Shown one piece after another: positions 13,379-27,400 of a stretch of 64,000 bases of DNA. Position 1 is the stretch's first letter, and each line of letters begins with the position of its first letter. The DNA comes from Camelus dromedarius. Taxonomy: Eukaryota. The notes beneath the pieces are model-generated. The model saw only the letters and a program-made list of their open reading frames with translations, was not told the origin of the DNA and did not search any database. The stretch spans positions 34,536,001-34,600,000 of the forward strand of contig NC_087436.1 of assembly GCF_036321535.1 (NCBI RefSeq), given 5' to 3'. The position numbers and the translations under genes are program-made.

Positions 13379-15544
13379 ATATAGGAAACATAAGGAACTG
13401 TTAAACTGAATATTTTCTGCACGAAGCTGTGTTAAATAAGGTAATATGTTCTTGTTTATCTATGCATAGTGCAAAATGATTTTCACATATTACAACCCTC
13501 TAGATGTTATAACTTTTTGTTAGCTTCGTTACCCTGTCTCAAACTGAGTTCAGTTCATCCATTCAACAACCTTAATTTGGCAGAATATGAAGTAAAAACA
13601 ATGCGGGCCTTCCAGAGATTCCATTTTAGAGGAGGGTTTGATACTCACAGAGCAATAGTAGTTAATGAAAAGCTCCATCAGCTTTTACCCAAATGTTTTG
13701 TAATTGTGTTTATACTTGTCTGTTCAATAGAATCTGAATTCATTTAAAGAACAGGTATTTTGTTGTTCTGATACTCCCAGCTCCTGAACATTTAAGAAAT
13801 AAAGAATGCCAAAACAGCATATATGTAATAATGCAATTTCTGGTTATTCATTTGAGTGATTAGTAAAGGAAGTTGATTAACTTTTTAAAGCAAAGACTTA
13901 TTTAAAAATACATATCCACCTTACATATTTAAATTAAATTTTAAACAGGGAGAAGAAAACAATTTGCCTACATTTTAACACAGAGTGCAGGACTTTTCTC
14001 TGAGTAGAGCCGTCCTGTTCTTGTCTTACAAGGTCTTTCTTGTATAAATAGTAATCATAGGCCCCTAACTGGAATTTTCATTGCTATTTCTATAGTAATT
14101 TTTTAAATATTAATGAAACGATCTGAGTGCAGAATAACTCTAGATTTTGTTTTGCTTTATTTTCCTGGTTTCTTAAACTCCATCCTCAATATCTAATTCA
14201 ATTGTAGTCTTTTCATCTATTTACTTTTATATTTCAAAAAAATTCAATTAGCCTTTTTTAGATATAATGCTCTTTTGTAAATTTAGTGATTTAGAGAGCA
14301 TTTTAAGTCTCATAATAACAAGTGTAATTGCTGTATTTTAAGGAACAAAGACAATGAACTCTGTAAACACAGGAGCCAACTCTGCAGACTTTGGGCCTTG
14401 GATGTTGGGTGCTGCACATGTAGTAGCTGAATGTTTGAGAGAGTGTAGGGAGTGTTAGTAATTAAGTTCTGTGATTGGAGGAATATTAAAATAACTTCTA
14501 GTGTACATCCAGTTGTCAGAAATCTGGAAATTTTTATAGAGGAGGTGTTATTTAAGGTAGATCTAGTAAAAAGATAAAGATGGAAAAAGAAACATACAAA
14601 AGCGGGAAACAATATGAGAAATGATCTGGAGTTCAGAAAACGTGCCACTCTGGGGAACAGGAGTTAGTCTAATTGAACATGTGGAAATGGAGGTTGTCTA
14701 ACAGGCCTTAAATACTAGATGGTTGTTGGCGGACAGAGGGAACAAACAGTGCCCACTGAACTGAGAAGGAATCTTGAGATGGAAAAATGAGGCAGGCAGC
14801 TCCATATAATCGATGGATCAGTTTATTGTAAGGTAACTTACTCATAGGGGAGGAGCTGGTGGGCAACAATTGGGAAGCATTGGCAGCTGCACTCATCACC
14901 ATCAAGAAGCCATTGGGACAATTTTATGGTTAACTTAGGGTATGGGGGTATGTGCTTGGAAACAGGAAATGCATTCCTAAGTCAAGATTTATGAATGGGT
15001 AACAGGTCTTGCGGGCGCCAGGAATACGTCAAGGAAGGTCTTCATCATTGTTTGGAGACTAACAGAGCATAGAGGCCACCTGGACCTAATGATCATTAAA
15101 CAATATCTATTAACTACAAAGCCCTTGATGACAGGAAAGAGATTTACTACACAGTACAGCTCTAGGTAGGGTCAGTGGAAGGACAAGAGAAACTGAACAA
15201 ACCCAAGATGGTGTCAGTTATGCTAACAGTCATACAATGGTCAGCAGAGTTTAATTGCTAAGTTAACACTGGAAACGGAAGATGAGGAAGCATGAACATG
15301 GTACATTAAGCAATAATCTTTTATCAACATAAGATAATTTAGATGGATTGAGGTACTAAAGCAAAGACAAAAAGCTTAAACAAAATGATGACAGAAAAAA
15401 AGCAAGATTTTGATTTGAGAGATACTTTAAAGATTAATTTATATTCTATATTCTATATTGTATATACATACATATACACACATACATATGTGCCATATGT
15501 CAAAATCCTATCTCCTATGGCAGCCATTAAGTTTGACTTAATAA

Positions 15545-15770
15545 TAATTATATGGTCAGTATTGTTCTAAATAATTTACATGGATTAACTTATAAAAGCT
15601 GCATAATATGATAGTAGGTAGCTACTGTTATTAGATATAATATAAGTTGAAGAGACTGAAGCACAGAGAAATTGAGTAATTTGCCCAAGCTGATGTAGCT
15701 AGAAAGTGATAGAGTTAGGTTTTGAACTCACACTAGGGCTTCAGGTCAGCTTTTAACCACTGCACTACAT
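15545..15770 (-). mobile_element. MIR SINE
   Basis: Antisense core actgaagcacagagaaattgagtaatttgcccaag...tttgaactc...ttttaaccactgcactac. Confidence 0.75.
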
Positions 15771-18700
15771 AGCCATTCTAACGAGAGAAGCAAGCATAAT
15801 GAAGTGAAGCAGGAACAAAGGCTTTAATAGAGGTACACGCTTGGGGAAAAAACTTCACTCAGACACAATCACCTCTTCTATGCTTGGTAGATACCTGCAG
15901 CTTAACACCCCTCTCCCCAAATTGTTTCTTCTTTTTCTGCCAAATATTCCCAGTATTCCATTGAGTGATGTTTCCTGTTCTCAGTGAGTAGAGTCCCTGA
16001 CACTACTTTCAACACCAAAGGTGGGCCCTGATTGGTTTAAATCATTCAGCAAAGTCCACCCTCCTCCCACAGTAATTAATTCAGGTAAGGGCAAATGACT
16101 CAATTGAAGTGATGGGTTGTTTAGGAAAGTAGCTACTTTGTTCTTCAAGAGAACTACCAGGAACTTCTCTCCCTGCTCCCCCTCTTCGGATATCATTGAG
16201 GAAACATTTGGCCATGGTTATCAATCTTTGCAGGCATCTTGGGGCCCTAAAGCTTTTATCCCCAAAGGTAAAGTCAAAAGAAACCAGATCCTTAACTATA
16301 CTTCTGAGTTGCTGAATTTATGAAAGTCAGTAGACCCCCTTTTGGCATATAAGCGATTCTAAATAGACTTTTAGGCTATTTGCAGCCAAAATTATCCTGA
16401 AGCATTTACAGTTTCCTTAGCTTCTCGTACCTAGACCAATGTCATTTTATTAACAGATTTGTGACATTCTCCATTTACTTTCTGACCCATCTATTTATAA
16501 AACATTTACAGCATAATATTGATCCCAAACTGAGTTCTTCTTCTCTTCAAGGTATGTAATGGATTTTCTTGTTCGGACTGTATGGGTTCATCTGTGTTGC
16601 CTTACATCCTAGCTAAGGTGTTTTCCTTAATATATTCCAAGTTAAAACATTTGACATACACTCTGTGTGTACAAAAACAAGCATCCCAACAAATTGCTTT
16701 AAATAAAGTAAATGTTATTTGATATATGATTTTCAAACTTTGCCCTTTAGAATTTTCTCAGGGTCCCATAAAGTAGGAAAAAAAATTCCAGTTTGATTTT
16801 AAGCCCTGCCCCCCATTCTATTTCCAATAGTACAATCATTCAGCTGCCAAGTCCTTCAGCCATAGTGACTGGTGAGCATTAAATAAATTTTCTTTAAAGG
16901 ATTCAAGAGCTAAAAAAAATCTTGATCTCTAAAAATTATTTGGGTTCAATGTGTATACAAGGTTGTTGTAGCTAAAAATGAAAAGCACCAGTGATTGGCT
17001 AAGTCTTTGTTAAGGAAATGTTCTATATTACAGAAGAATAAATAATTAAAGGGAATAGTACTAGTGGATAATCAAGAAGGAAAATAATACTTATACTTTA
17101 CCAGAGTGTAGCAGTCCATCATGTTCTAAACTTTGAAAAAGTTAGTTCATCCTTGAAAACTAATTCAAAATTTTGATGGGCAAATATATATGTAGTACTA
17201 TATTACATGTATCATTATACTTGTATTATATATTGTATATATATGCAGTATGTGCATTTGTCTTTCATAGATATCAAAGGTTTACAGAGAAAGTTGGAAT
17301 ACAGAATGAATTCTACCAGAACTTTATGTACCTTGGAGAATTTTTTATCTTCATAAATAATTCAAGTCTTTTTAGAATGAAAGTGACTCCTTTTGCTTTC
17401 ATTCAATTGTAGTCTTAAGAACATTTCCCAAGAAAATGTTGGCTGGTGTAGCATATTTGATTCACTAAATTAATTCATTTATCTTTTCTAAACTTGCTAG
17501 TCAAAAAAGTTTCCAGTTTTATAGGGATAAGAAGTATAAACAAGTTAGGTTAAAATATACGATCACAAAATACTGTATATTACAAAAGAAATATATCTAT
17601 GGCACAAATATATCTATGAATCTAAAGTATTGCCATGTTTTTCTGCATGAAATGATGGCTTTGGTATATATACAAACCTGGAGATACGAGAATAAGTGAA
17701 TTTCCTTTTTTGGAACTTGAATTATTGTATTAAGAGAGGTGAATAAAATATATAGTTGGGCTATGAGCCAAAATAATGATTTCATGCAAATGGCAGACAC
17801 AATCCTACTAAATGAAAATAAAACAAAAACTAACTTTCAAAGTCGCCAAATCATTTGTTAGATGTATCTGCTTTCCCGAGGTCCTCCTCTCGCTGTTGTC
17901 TTTGCAAACCATCCATATCTTGGGACATTCTGCTTAATTGGTTTTATTCTTCTGCATTTCTTGATTTATTTTCTACCTTTCTACTCTCCTTCTTGTGATC
18001 TTTAAATTAAACTTGAAGCAGTATCATTATTATACCCATCAAATTACTGAGGAAAATAAATCTTGGGAAAGGTAAGAAACTTCTCCAATATGCCATAGGT
18101 AATAACCTTCCCCAATTTCCCACTGCTCAGCTGTCGCAAAGCTAGCAAAGTGCCCAGGAACGCCTGGGTGCAGAGCTGGGCTTTGCCCGTGGACCTGCAG
18201 TGTACTGTGTGATAGAGCAGAACCAGTGATTAGAGACTCAAATTATGGACAGGCTAAACTGTCTAAGGGAAAAGTGGGTTAACCACCTGGCGTTCTTCAT
18301 AAAATGCAGAAATAATTCTCATGGAGATGTTACTTGAGGCATAGAAGGAAATAGGGGATTTAAAAACAACACAGTAAGGTAGAAAAGGACAAGAGCTACA
18401 AGAGCTAAGAACAAGATTTGCGGAGAAATCTACTCTTAATGGCAGAATGAGAAGGTTGATCTGGTGATACAGCCCTGTGTCTAGGACGAGAAGGGACTGA
18501 ATTAGTGCTCAGTGAGATGCTGAAGAGAAAGAGCAGAGTTAAAGAAGCTGAAAGACAATAATAAAGAAAACTGATAGAAAATCATTAGAGTGATAAAGAA
18601 AGAAGCAGAAGTGATTAACATCTCAAAATGTCAGAGACAAAACAGGCAAGAAGCCAGATACTCTGGACATCCAGAATCTTCTTCATTTCAGGCAGAGCCA

Positions 18701-19305
18701 CGTTATTAGCTCAGTTGTTTGAAAAAACGAAAAGGAAATGGAGAACTAAGGCAGGGGCTCTTCCCTTTTCTGATTTCTTTTTTCACTTTTTTTTTTCTTC
18801 TTGGAGACTAAAACAAATTGGCATGAACAGTTAAACGGAAATAAGGTGATCTTTTTAGGTAGGAAACAGGTTTAAGCAAAGGTTTGCTTTGGTCATATAG
18901 GCAAGACCTGAGTCAACTAAGAAGAGTGAGGTGGGAAAGAGAATCAGGATGCAAAACCGAGTGGGATTAGGCTGAGAGATTGCTGACTTTCTCCTGGTGG
19001 TAGATACTCTTATTTGTGTTGATAGAGCCAAGATAGTTATTAGAAAGTGGGATAAAACAGAGTCCTGGACATTAAAGATACAATAGGTGCAGAATTAGTG
19101 TTTGTAATTGATTTGACAGCCAGTTATAATATTCTTAGAGGTGTGAGAAGAATCTTTTCCGTTGGATTTACGAGGAAGAGAAAACTCAAAGGAAAAATGT
19201 CTACGTATTCATACCCAACTGAGTTCACAAATAAATAATAAAACGAGTAAGATGGAAAGTGCAGTACTGTGTGAACAAAAATACTGCAACCATATCGGTA
19301 AACAA

Positions 19306-19735
19306 TGCTGAAACCAAGTCATCAGCGGCTGCTGCCACCCCCAGTGAGGACAGGCCTGCAGCCCAGCCTCTGCAGCCACTCACGGTGGGGCACCCTGAGG
19401 GGACTCAGAATAAGAAAGGACAGGATACTGGCCCTAGATAGCTAGGTGCTTGTCGAAGGAATGAATACAATGAGCCCAGATGTTTGCCTCCTCCCATACA
19501 TAGAAAAGCACTGAATTCTTTACCTTGAGATGCCTGGTTTTCTTTAGATAAGTAATCTTTTATTGTTCCAACTACCTGGTCTTGGTTATAAAGCTCCTGT
19601 ATATCCCAGCTCCTCCCCTACCTCTTTGGAGCCGTCCCTCAGAGCGATCTGAGGGGCTGTCATCCCAGCTCGAGTCCTCCCGCCAAATAAAACGTAACTC
19701 TCAACTTTTAGGCTGCACATTTATTTCAGTCGACA
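19306..19735 (+). mobile_element. Solo ERV1-type LTR
   Basis: TG start (tgctgaaacc), TATA-like ttataaag and tatatc, AATAAA at 19686, CA end (tttcagtcgaca) followed by a primer-binding site. GC-richer than the flanks. TSD not clearly resolved. Confidence 0.8.
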
Positions 19736-19739
19736 GTTT

Positions 19740-19765
19740 TGGCGACCATGAAGGAACTCGAACCC
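19740..19765 (+). other. Extended primer-binding site: complement of the 3' 26 nt of tRNA-Arg(TCG)
   Basis: tggcgaccatgaaggaactcgaaccc versus TGGCGACCACGAAGGGACTCGAACCC (recalled mammalian tRNA-Arg-TCG 3' end including CCA); 24/26 match. Confidence 0.75.
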
Positions 19766-22700
19766 GCTGTGCATTTATTTCAGTGGACAACTGAAACAAG
19801 CAAACAGCAACAACAGAAAATAGACTCTAAATCTCTGCTCTTCCAAAACAGCATCCTGGAGTAAAGGAGGAATATCAAATTCTTAAGTAACTTTACACTC
19901 GTAAACAGACTCTATTCAAACTCACCCCACACTTCTTTTAATACTGCATATATATTCTACTCTCTTTTCATTCTAATCTGGCAGCGCATTCTTTGTTTAA
20001 AGAGCTAGTTCCCTCATAGAATTAACATTGCCTCATTTCATCTAGCAATCCTTTAACTTTTACTTAAAGCATCCCAGATGTAAGCAGTGAATTGCCTTAG
20101 AAGTGAGGCATTCAATATCAAGTAAACTTTTGTCAAGGGCAGTTCCTTAAAAGGAAGACAGCAACAGTGGTCTCAAAATAGCATCAGTTAGCTTTGGTTT
20201 TTCCCAACAGTTGACAAAGTAAAAAATGTCAATTAATCTTTTGTTGATGTCAACAATCTAATTCAATTCAAATTGTATAAATAAAAGTATAATGTGTTTT
20301 AGAGACTTTCAATTTTGTTGACTGATAAAAACGTCATTTCTAGTCTTAAAGATATACATATGCTTGTGTAGGAAAAGAGTTCATTTAAACTACTTTAGTT
20401 TATTTTCTGTCGTCAGCTGTAGAAGCTTTATGCAAGCTTCTCTTTCATTGTCCAAAATACACTGAGGATGCACTGGGCGGTTTCTCTGGTCCTCTCCAAC
20501 TTTCACATTCCAGAATCTTCGTTGATCTCTTGTTCTTTCCAATAGTTAATTGAAGAAATAATTACGGATAATTATATTTTCTGCACCACTTCTTCCCCAG
20601 TAAGAAAAGGCTATTTCTTTAGTCACTTTTAAAACTATCCATTTCTCAAAAGGGAATTAATGATCCAAGGAATGATCTATAAATAAGTTCTGTATCTTCT
20701 TCATTTTTTCCATACCAGTCACGTATCAAAATTTCCAAGGATGGACACTTCCCCATTCCACTTATCTCCCATCAGCATCCACAGATTAATTAAAAGAAGC
20801 ATCCTTTATGTAAGCACAATTTTAGCTTTTTAGATTGACAAACAATTTCTTCTTGATTAGTAAATTTTACGCAAACCAGTTACTTGAAGACAGAAATAGC
20901 TAATCTCATCGTCTGATGTGTCGACAATCATGGTGTGGAGGTGATATATGAGAGGCTCTTCTTTCAGATACTTTTCTGCATTTCTAGAACACAGACAGTA
21001 AAAATAAGAAAAAAAAGGGATCTCTGCTTTCTTGTATGGTACCAGTGACTTCGTATAGGGCCTTGATGCCTATGGCCTATGGCCAAAACCTTGTCTCCCC
21101 TTTGCAACAAAGATACAACAATTAACTCTGCCACCATAAGTCATGGATTGATAACCTCTGTGTTCTAAAAGCTTTCATGCAAGAATGATGACTCTCTTGG
21201 GCGATGGTCTAGAAAGTAATTAAGTTATGCTTTCCTTTACAATCTCTAAGTATTAACTTTATGAAGCCCTAATTCTCACCCTGATTCTATCAAGGATCAA
21301 ACTTCTTAAAAAGGTGCCTGGATTTCTCCTTACTATCATTGTGTTTGCGAAGAATTCTGCTCACTACACCACATGGTATGTTCATTAGTAAGAACTCTGA
21401 GGAACATTCTTATTTTTTAAAAGCAATATGTATTATAACTGTTCATGCTGATTGTTAAAAACTTTAAGTCAAATATGTGGTCACACTTTGGCCAAAATAT
21501 AGTTTGTCTAAATTAATATGTGGTCAACAGCAAGTAACCAAAAATTAGATTAATTATAGCTTACAAAAACAGAGATGACTTTCTCCTATAGCAAACCTAA
21601 GGTACATTATTGTTGATATTATTGTAAACAGCTTTATAATTTCAAAGCATGAGACTGAAATCTCTGCGTTCTCATGGCCACAAAATGACTGCAAGAGCTC
21701 CTCACATTACTTCCTCATTTCACAGTCAAAGACGAAGCAAGAGACGAAGGTCTTTGTCAGAGAGTAATATAAAACTGTTTCATAATTATCAGAAAGTAAA
21801 CATTTGTGTGATGTCCTTCAAAATATTTCTGCTTAATCTCATTGATCAGAATTGCACCAGTACAAATCTTAGCTGAAAGACTAGAAATATACGGAATAGA
21901 AAGGGGCTAAAAGGTGGCTTTGGGGAAGTAAAAAATATTTCTCTGCCATGTACGTCTTTGTATATATGAATTTTACACCATCCTCACTTTTAGCTCTATT
22001 TTCCTTTTGTAGTTTTATTTTCTGTTTACCTCATTTTTGTACTTTAAATGCCTTTTTACCTTGTTGCATTTCATGTAATTTTATGAACACTCTTAAGCCT
22101 TTCTGGAATGAGATGTGTATCTATACGTATATGCATATATGCATACAAAGTGAACTTGTTCCAGCTGCTTCTCTGTAACGTATTTTATAGATGCTCCTTT
22201 GGAAATCTTTGTTGATTTGATTTCCACAGACATTGATAAAAATCTTTCAATAATGCTGGAGTAAATTTTATAATAACAACTTGCATGGATAGTTTTTACA
22301 GTTTGTGAATGGCGAAGAGCAACATTCTTTTAAAAGGTAGCAAGGTTTTCAAATTTTGCTTATAAAATGGTCTCATGACAGGAACATTTTCATTTTGTTT
22401 TCATCCTTGTTCATGGATCCCTGTAGAATTATCACTGAACCATAAGATTACTGATCCAGGAAAAACAGCTCCTGTGCATTCCTGCCTCATCATTCAGCTC
22501 AGTAATGCAGGTCCGCACTCCCAATCCTTTCCCTGCCCTGCCAAATGGATGGTTGCTTTTGTTTTGTCGTGCTTTTTTTCATTTTTTGAGGTATAATTGT
22601 GTGGGTTTGAATAAGAGAGGGAGGTGATCAAAGCAGAGAGAGACAAAGAGAAGCTAAAACCAAAAATTTTTAGAAAGATATCTGCTATTTGGTAAATGGA

Positions 22701-23864
22701 CTATAAAAATAAAACAACTACTTAAGACTATAAAAATCTATTGAAAGGAAAAAACCAGCACACAGAGTCATTAGCAATCTGGGAAAAAATTCAAAAGAAC
22801 TAAATGTTAGTGAGAAATATTGATTAGAATTTGGTTATATAGGAAAATATAGGCATAAGGTAGCTGAACTGGTAAAGAGAAAATGTCATGAATAATTGTT
22901 GCAAACACAACTCTCAAAGCTTTTGTTCTCTTTTGTTTGTTTGTCCACAATGGTAATTCTAAATTAGTTTATGGCATTGGTGCTAATGTTACAGAAATAA
23001 AAGCCTTTGAGAAAACTTAGGTTCATTTACCTTTAGTTACAGGTATTATTTTAAAGGGTCTTTCAAATATTTTTGTATTTAAAATATTAATAATGTACTT
23101 ATTAAAATATGAGTGAGATTACATCTAAATGATGATCACCATGTAAAATTATTTCATGCATGTAGACGAGCACTGGTAGGAAATATTAAAAAACTCAACA
23201 CTGATATATCAAGTTAATATGAAAATATTTTTACTTCAAAATTATGTTGTAGCTAAAATTAATTTTACTGAAGTAGGTAAAATGTTGAGAAATTTCTTTA
23301 CACTGTACCATACTTTATGATGTAAGTGATTTAGTACCTTACAACTAACATCCAATAATACTTGAAAGTATCTATTTTTATATGAAATATAGTGATATTA
23401 ATTTTCTTTTTGGTAATTCAGAATTTGAACATCTGTATTCATGCAGAGAACCTATCTGTACAATTAAAAAGAAAGAAAAAAAGTCTTGGGTATATTAATA
23501 AGAGATATTTTCCCTGTATGATCTTGCGAGTTTATTGAAAAGCTAGCAACTACCTTTGAGCAGGAAAAGCTAGTTCACTAAGCATTACTAAGTAGTTGCA
23601 AAGAGCCATCCATCGAAGGTGAATTTGAGTTTTGGAAATATCCTAACGTCCTTGGAATCCAAAGAGTGAGAGAGGTGATTAGACTATTAAAACTCATATA
23701 CAAAGTTGAATGGGCTTTCTTTTGAAATAGACTAGACTTTCCGGTTGTGAAAGGGTTTGGACAGAAGCTCCCTATAAGAGGCAGCCTGACAAGTTTTTGT
23801 AGATGTTCTTGCCTTTACTGGGAGATTGTGCTGCAAACCTGTTTTCTCTAGTTTGTTTTGGAAT

Positions 23865-24413
23865 TGTTAGGTAGTTAGATACGTGGGGGCACCGGGCAGA
23901 TAGGAGGAGGAGAGGGAGGATGGTCCAGAAGATGGGGTTGTGCCCACCTCCGGCATAAAGGAACTTTATTTCTTCTAAATGAGTGCCGCCAAGAAATTGG
24001 TCAGAACCCAGCAGCCGTGACTGCGCGGTCACAGGAAGGACTTAACCGGCCACGACCCAATGTTCACTGTATTATAATTAACATTTCAGTTTAGGCCCCT
24101 CCATGGGTTTTTCTGTATACACCATGGGTAAGGACATGCACAAAGGGCGCCAAACATGACTAAGCACTGCAGGGATAAGAGCTGTCAATCAATCAAGAGA
24201 CCACCCCTAAGCGAGGGTATAAGAGAAAGGGGAGACAAAACCCACCACTTTTCTTCCCTTGGATCAGCCTGACTTCTGGTTTTGGAAGTGTACTTTTCCT
24301 TTTCTAAATAAATCTTTTAAAATCTTTTTGCTACACAACACTTTCCATCTCCCGTCTGTAAATCTTATATTTCGGGTAAGACAAGAACTGGGGTCTTAAT
24401 CTTTTGGGTAACA
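23865..24413 (+). mobile_element. Solo ERV LTR (about 549 bp)
   Basis: Terminal inverted repeat tgtta...taaca, gtataag TATA-like box near 24217, AATAAA at 24307, flanks gaat/gaag (4-bp TSD with one mismatch). CpGs retained. Confidence 0.85.
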
Positions 24414-27400
24414 GAAGTAGGGTAGTGAGGATGTGGCTTCAAAGTGTCTCCGAATATAATTCTAAAAGAAATGCTCTCCAACTGTCTCAATAAGTGGCAG
24501 TAATGTTTTAAAAAATCTGCATGACCTACCAGTGCGATAATTTTGAAGGCAACACTGATGAATTTTTGAATTCTAATTGAGATACCTAATTAAAATTTTT
24601 TTAATATAAAAAAAATTACAAGAAGCTGGTCCCTCAGGCTAGCAGGTGTCAGTTATTCAAATATATTTCATCTCCAGTATAATGACTGAGAGTGAAAAGA
24701 CTCCAATTCTATCTGGGCAGGGAGGAAGCCTTGGGGAAAATGTTGCTGTGCTGGTTCTGGAGGGTCTCTCTAGAAATCCTATAGTCTCCCTGGCTTGACT
24801 GGTGGCTTTTTCCAGATCCTCCCTGTTCTCAGCAGTTGCTCACTTTCTGGATTAGTTGGAAAACTCTGATTCATATGCAGAGCTGCCCATTACCTTCTCA
24901 GGAGAGAAAGGCAAACTCTTTGCTCCTTCCTGTTCATCTCTTTTCTATTTGCTTGTCTCGTACTATTAAAACAAGTTACAACTCTATAGTCTTTTCCATC
25001 AATCTATTATTATTACTGTTATTGTTATTATTTTGACACTCATTCTCTTTCTTGCTGGCCATGGAGATTCTCTTGCTCAGTTCAACCTAGACTCTCTTAA
25101 ATGGTTCAACTTACTATTTTCTATTAAATGCTAAAAAAAAAGACTTGCTATATTTTAAATTAAAATGTACAACACAACACACTTAGATATGCTTTAATAT
25201 AGTAAGCACAATTCCTGTCCTTACCTTCACATACATTGTCAGAAGAAGCACTGGTTAATCCTTACCTTGATATGAAAGAGACTTACTTTATTTGATATGG
25301 GACAGGGTAGAAAAAGTTAGGTAATTTTGCATAGAAGATGTGAAGTTAGTAAATTCTCAATAAACTTTTGTCACCCTCAACACAGCTAAGTTCAACTAAA
25401 CATGATTGTATGAACGAGATCAGGAATGATGCTTGCAGTTGGAAAACTCACTCTTAGTTTGGTCTGTACCTTTGTGTAACTGCATCACTGTGAGCTGTAC
25501 ATTCCAAAGCATCATAAATACATTTCCTCATTTTTATAGTATAGTACAAAGACGACCTCATTGCCTCAAGAACATTATGAATATTGTTGGCCATTTTGAT
25601 GAATCCCTACCAGGCTTTTGTAAACTAAATGCTGAAAAAAATAACGTGCCAGAAGCCACGATCATTTCCCAGATGGTGCTTATTACTGAGACAGTTCCTA
25701 TCATTTGTTTTCCAAAGCAGTAGGTAGGGAATGATAAACAATCACTGTTGCTCATTGCACGCAGTGTATTTCCATAAAGAAAATACTCAGATTTACTAAT
25801 TGCAATTCTGTCATAATGTTGTAATTTGGTCTTTATTTTCTTTAACCAAATTTCTATTTGCATTGTGTGGCCCCATTTCTCAGCCTGGGATATATGAATT
25901 GATGTAAACAGGAGGGCATGATCTATGTTTAGAAGAGTTCTCTCTTTGTAATCACCCCTTTTGAGAGGAAAATATTCCCCAGCTGCAGGCTGCTACAGAA
26001 AGTAATTAAATTTAATAGTAGCTGCCCTTAATTTATGGGCACAGAGGGAAATAATCACATTTAAAATAAAAGCCATGGCTTTTAAATGAATATATATGTC
26101 ACTCTGGCCTGTCCCCAGTAAGAGCAAGTCTCACTGCCATTCACAAGGATGACATTCAAGGTATTTATTTCCCTTTCTTCCTGTGCATTTTTACTTTTAA
26201 AGGAAAAGTAACCTCTTTATCGAAAACATCAGTGTCTTCCTGAAGAGTTTTCTCTTTCTATCCTTAAATGGCTATCTCAAAGCTCTGACACCATGTTTTT
26301 TGTTTTAAAGCACGTCCTCAGCTTCTGCTGTGGCACTCCCATCTGCTCCAAAATAAAGCACTGAAAAGAGACATTAACGTGTCTCTTGGAATCTAATGGG
26401 ATATTGACTTTCATTGGATGTGAATTTAGATAATTTATGTCTCAAAATCAAGAGAAGGATGTTTTTGTTGAATCATTCTCCATGAAACTGTGATAATTTG
26501 CAAAGTCATGGGTAGATTATATACTATTTTTACTTAGATGAAAAAGAAACACAAATTAAAATTAGATTAAATTATGCAAATAATAGAAATTATTTTCTAA
26601 AAACCCAAATAATCTATTAGCATTTGTTTTCAAGAGCAAAATAAGTAAAAACAATATATTTTCAAGAAAGCAACAGTTTCTACAATGTAAGATGTTAGAA
26701 ATACTCTTGATAATGGAGGCAGGACATGTGATTCCAAGGAGATTTAACAAAACACCTCATTTATCTCACAGTGATGCTGAATAGGTCCCATAGTACAAAT
26801 CTGGGAGAGTATCTAGTTAGTCAATTTTAAGCAACACAGTATTAGAAACAATTTTATTTCTATTTGCTTTAACTTGGCCAGCTTTTTTCCCAAGATAATT
26901 CAAACTCTGAAGAAGCTGATATTATTTTCAATTTTTTATTCTTTTCAATAATAAATCTGGTATATTTTTTCAAATTCTTATTTTATTCATTTGAATATTT
27001 TCCCAAAATTTCTATCTAAATTATTTAAATAAAAAAATTAAATTGATTTAGACCATCAGCAGGAGCTGATAATTCATATAAACTGTTTATTAACATTTTC
27101 ATTCTATGGTACCTTAGGGGTTAAGGCAGACTGAACAATGGCTGCCACATAGAAACCACCCAATAAATATTAGCTTTCATTATTGCTTATTTGACCTTTA
27201 AGTAATTGAAATGTAAGGAGAAATATTGATTTAACCTTTGATAAAAAACATTTGCTGAGCCTTTGCTTTGTAAAAATTGTATGTTAGCAGCTGAGGGACA
27301 TACAGACAAGATCCTGTCTGTAAAGATCTTACATCCTAGAAGATGAAATTAGATGTATCTTTTATATATATATCATATAAAATGTTTATTTTATTTTATA

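Noticed and set aside
14740..16620. Additional LTR-like segments (also near 3.3, 21.7, 24.7, 39.8, 40.3-40.8, 50.0 and 53.2 kb)
   Set aside because: Probably old LTR remnants, but I could not assign family or boundaries reliably.
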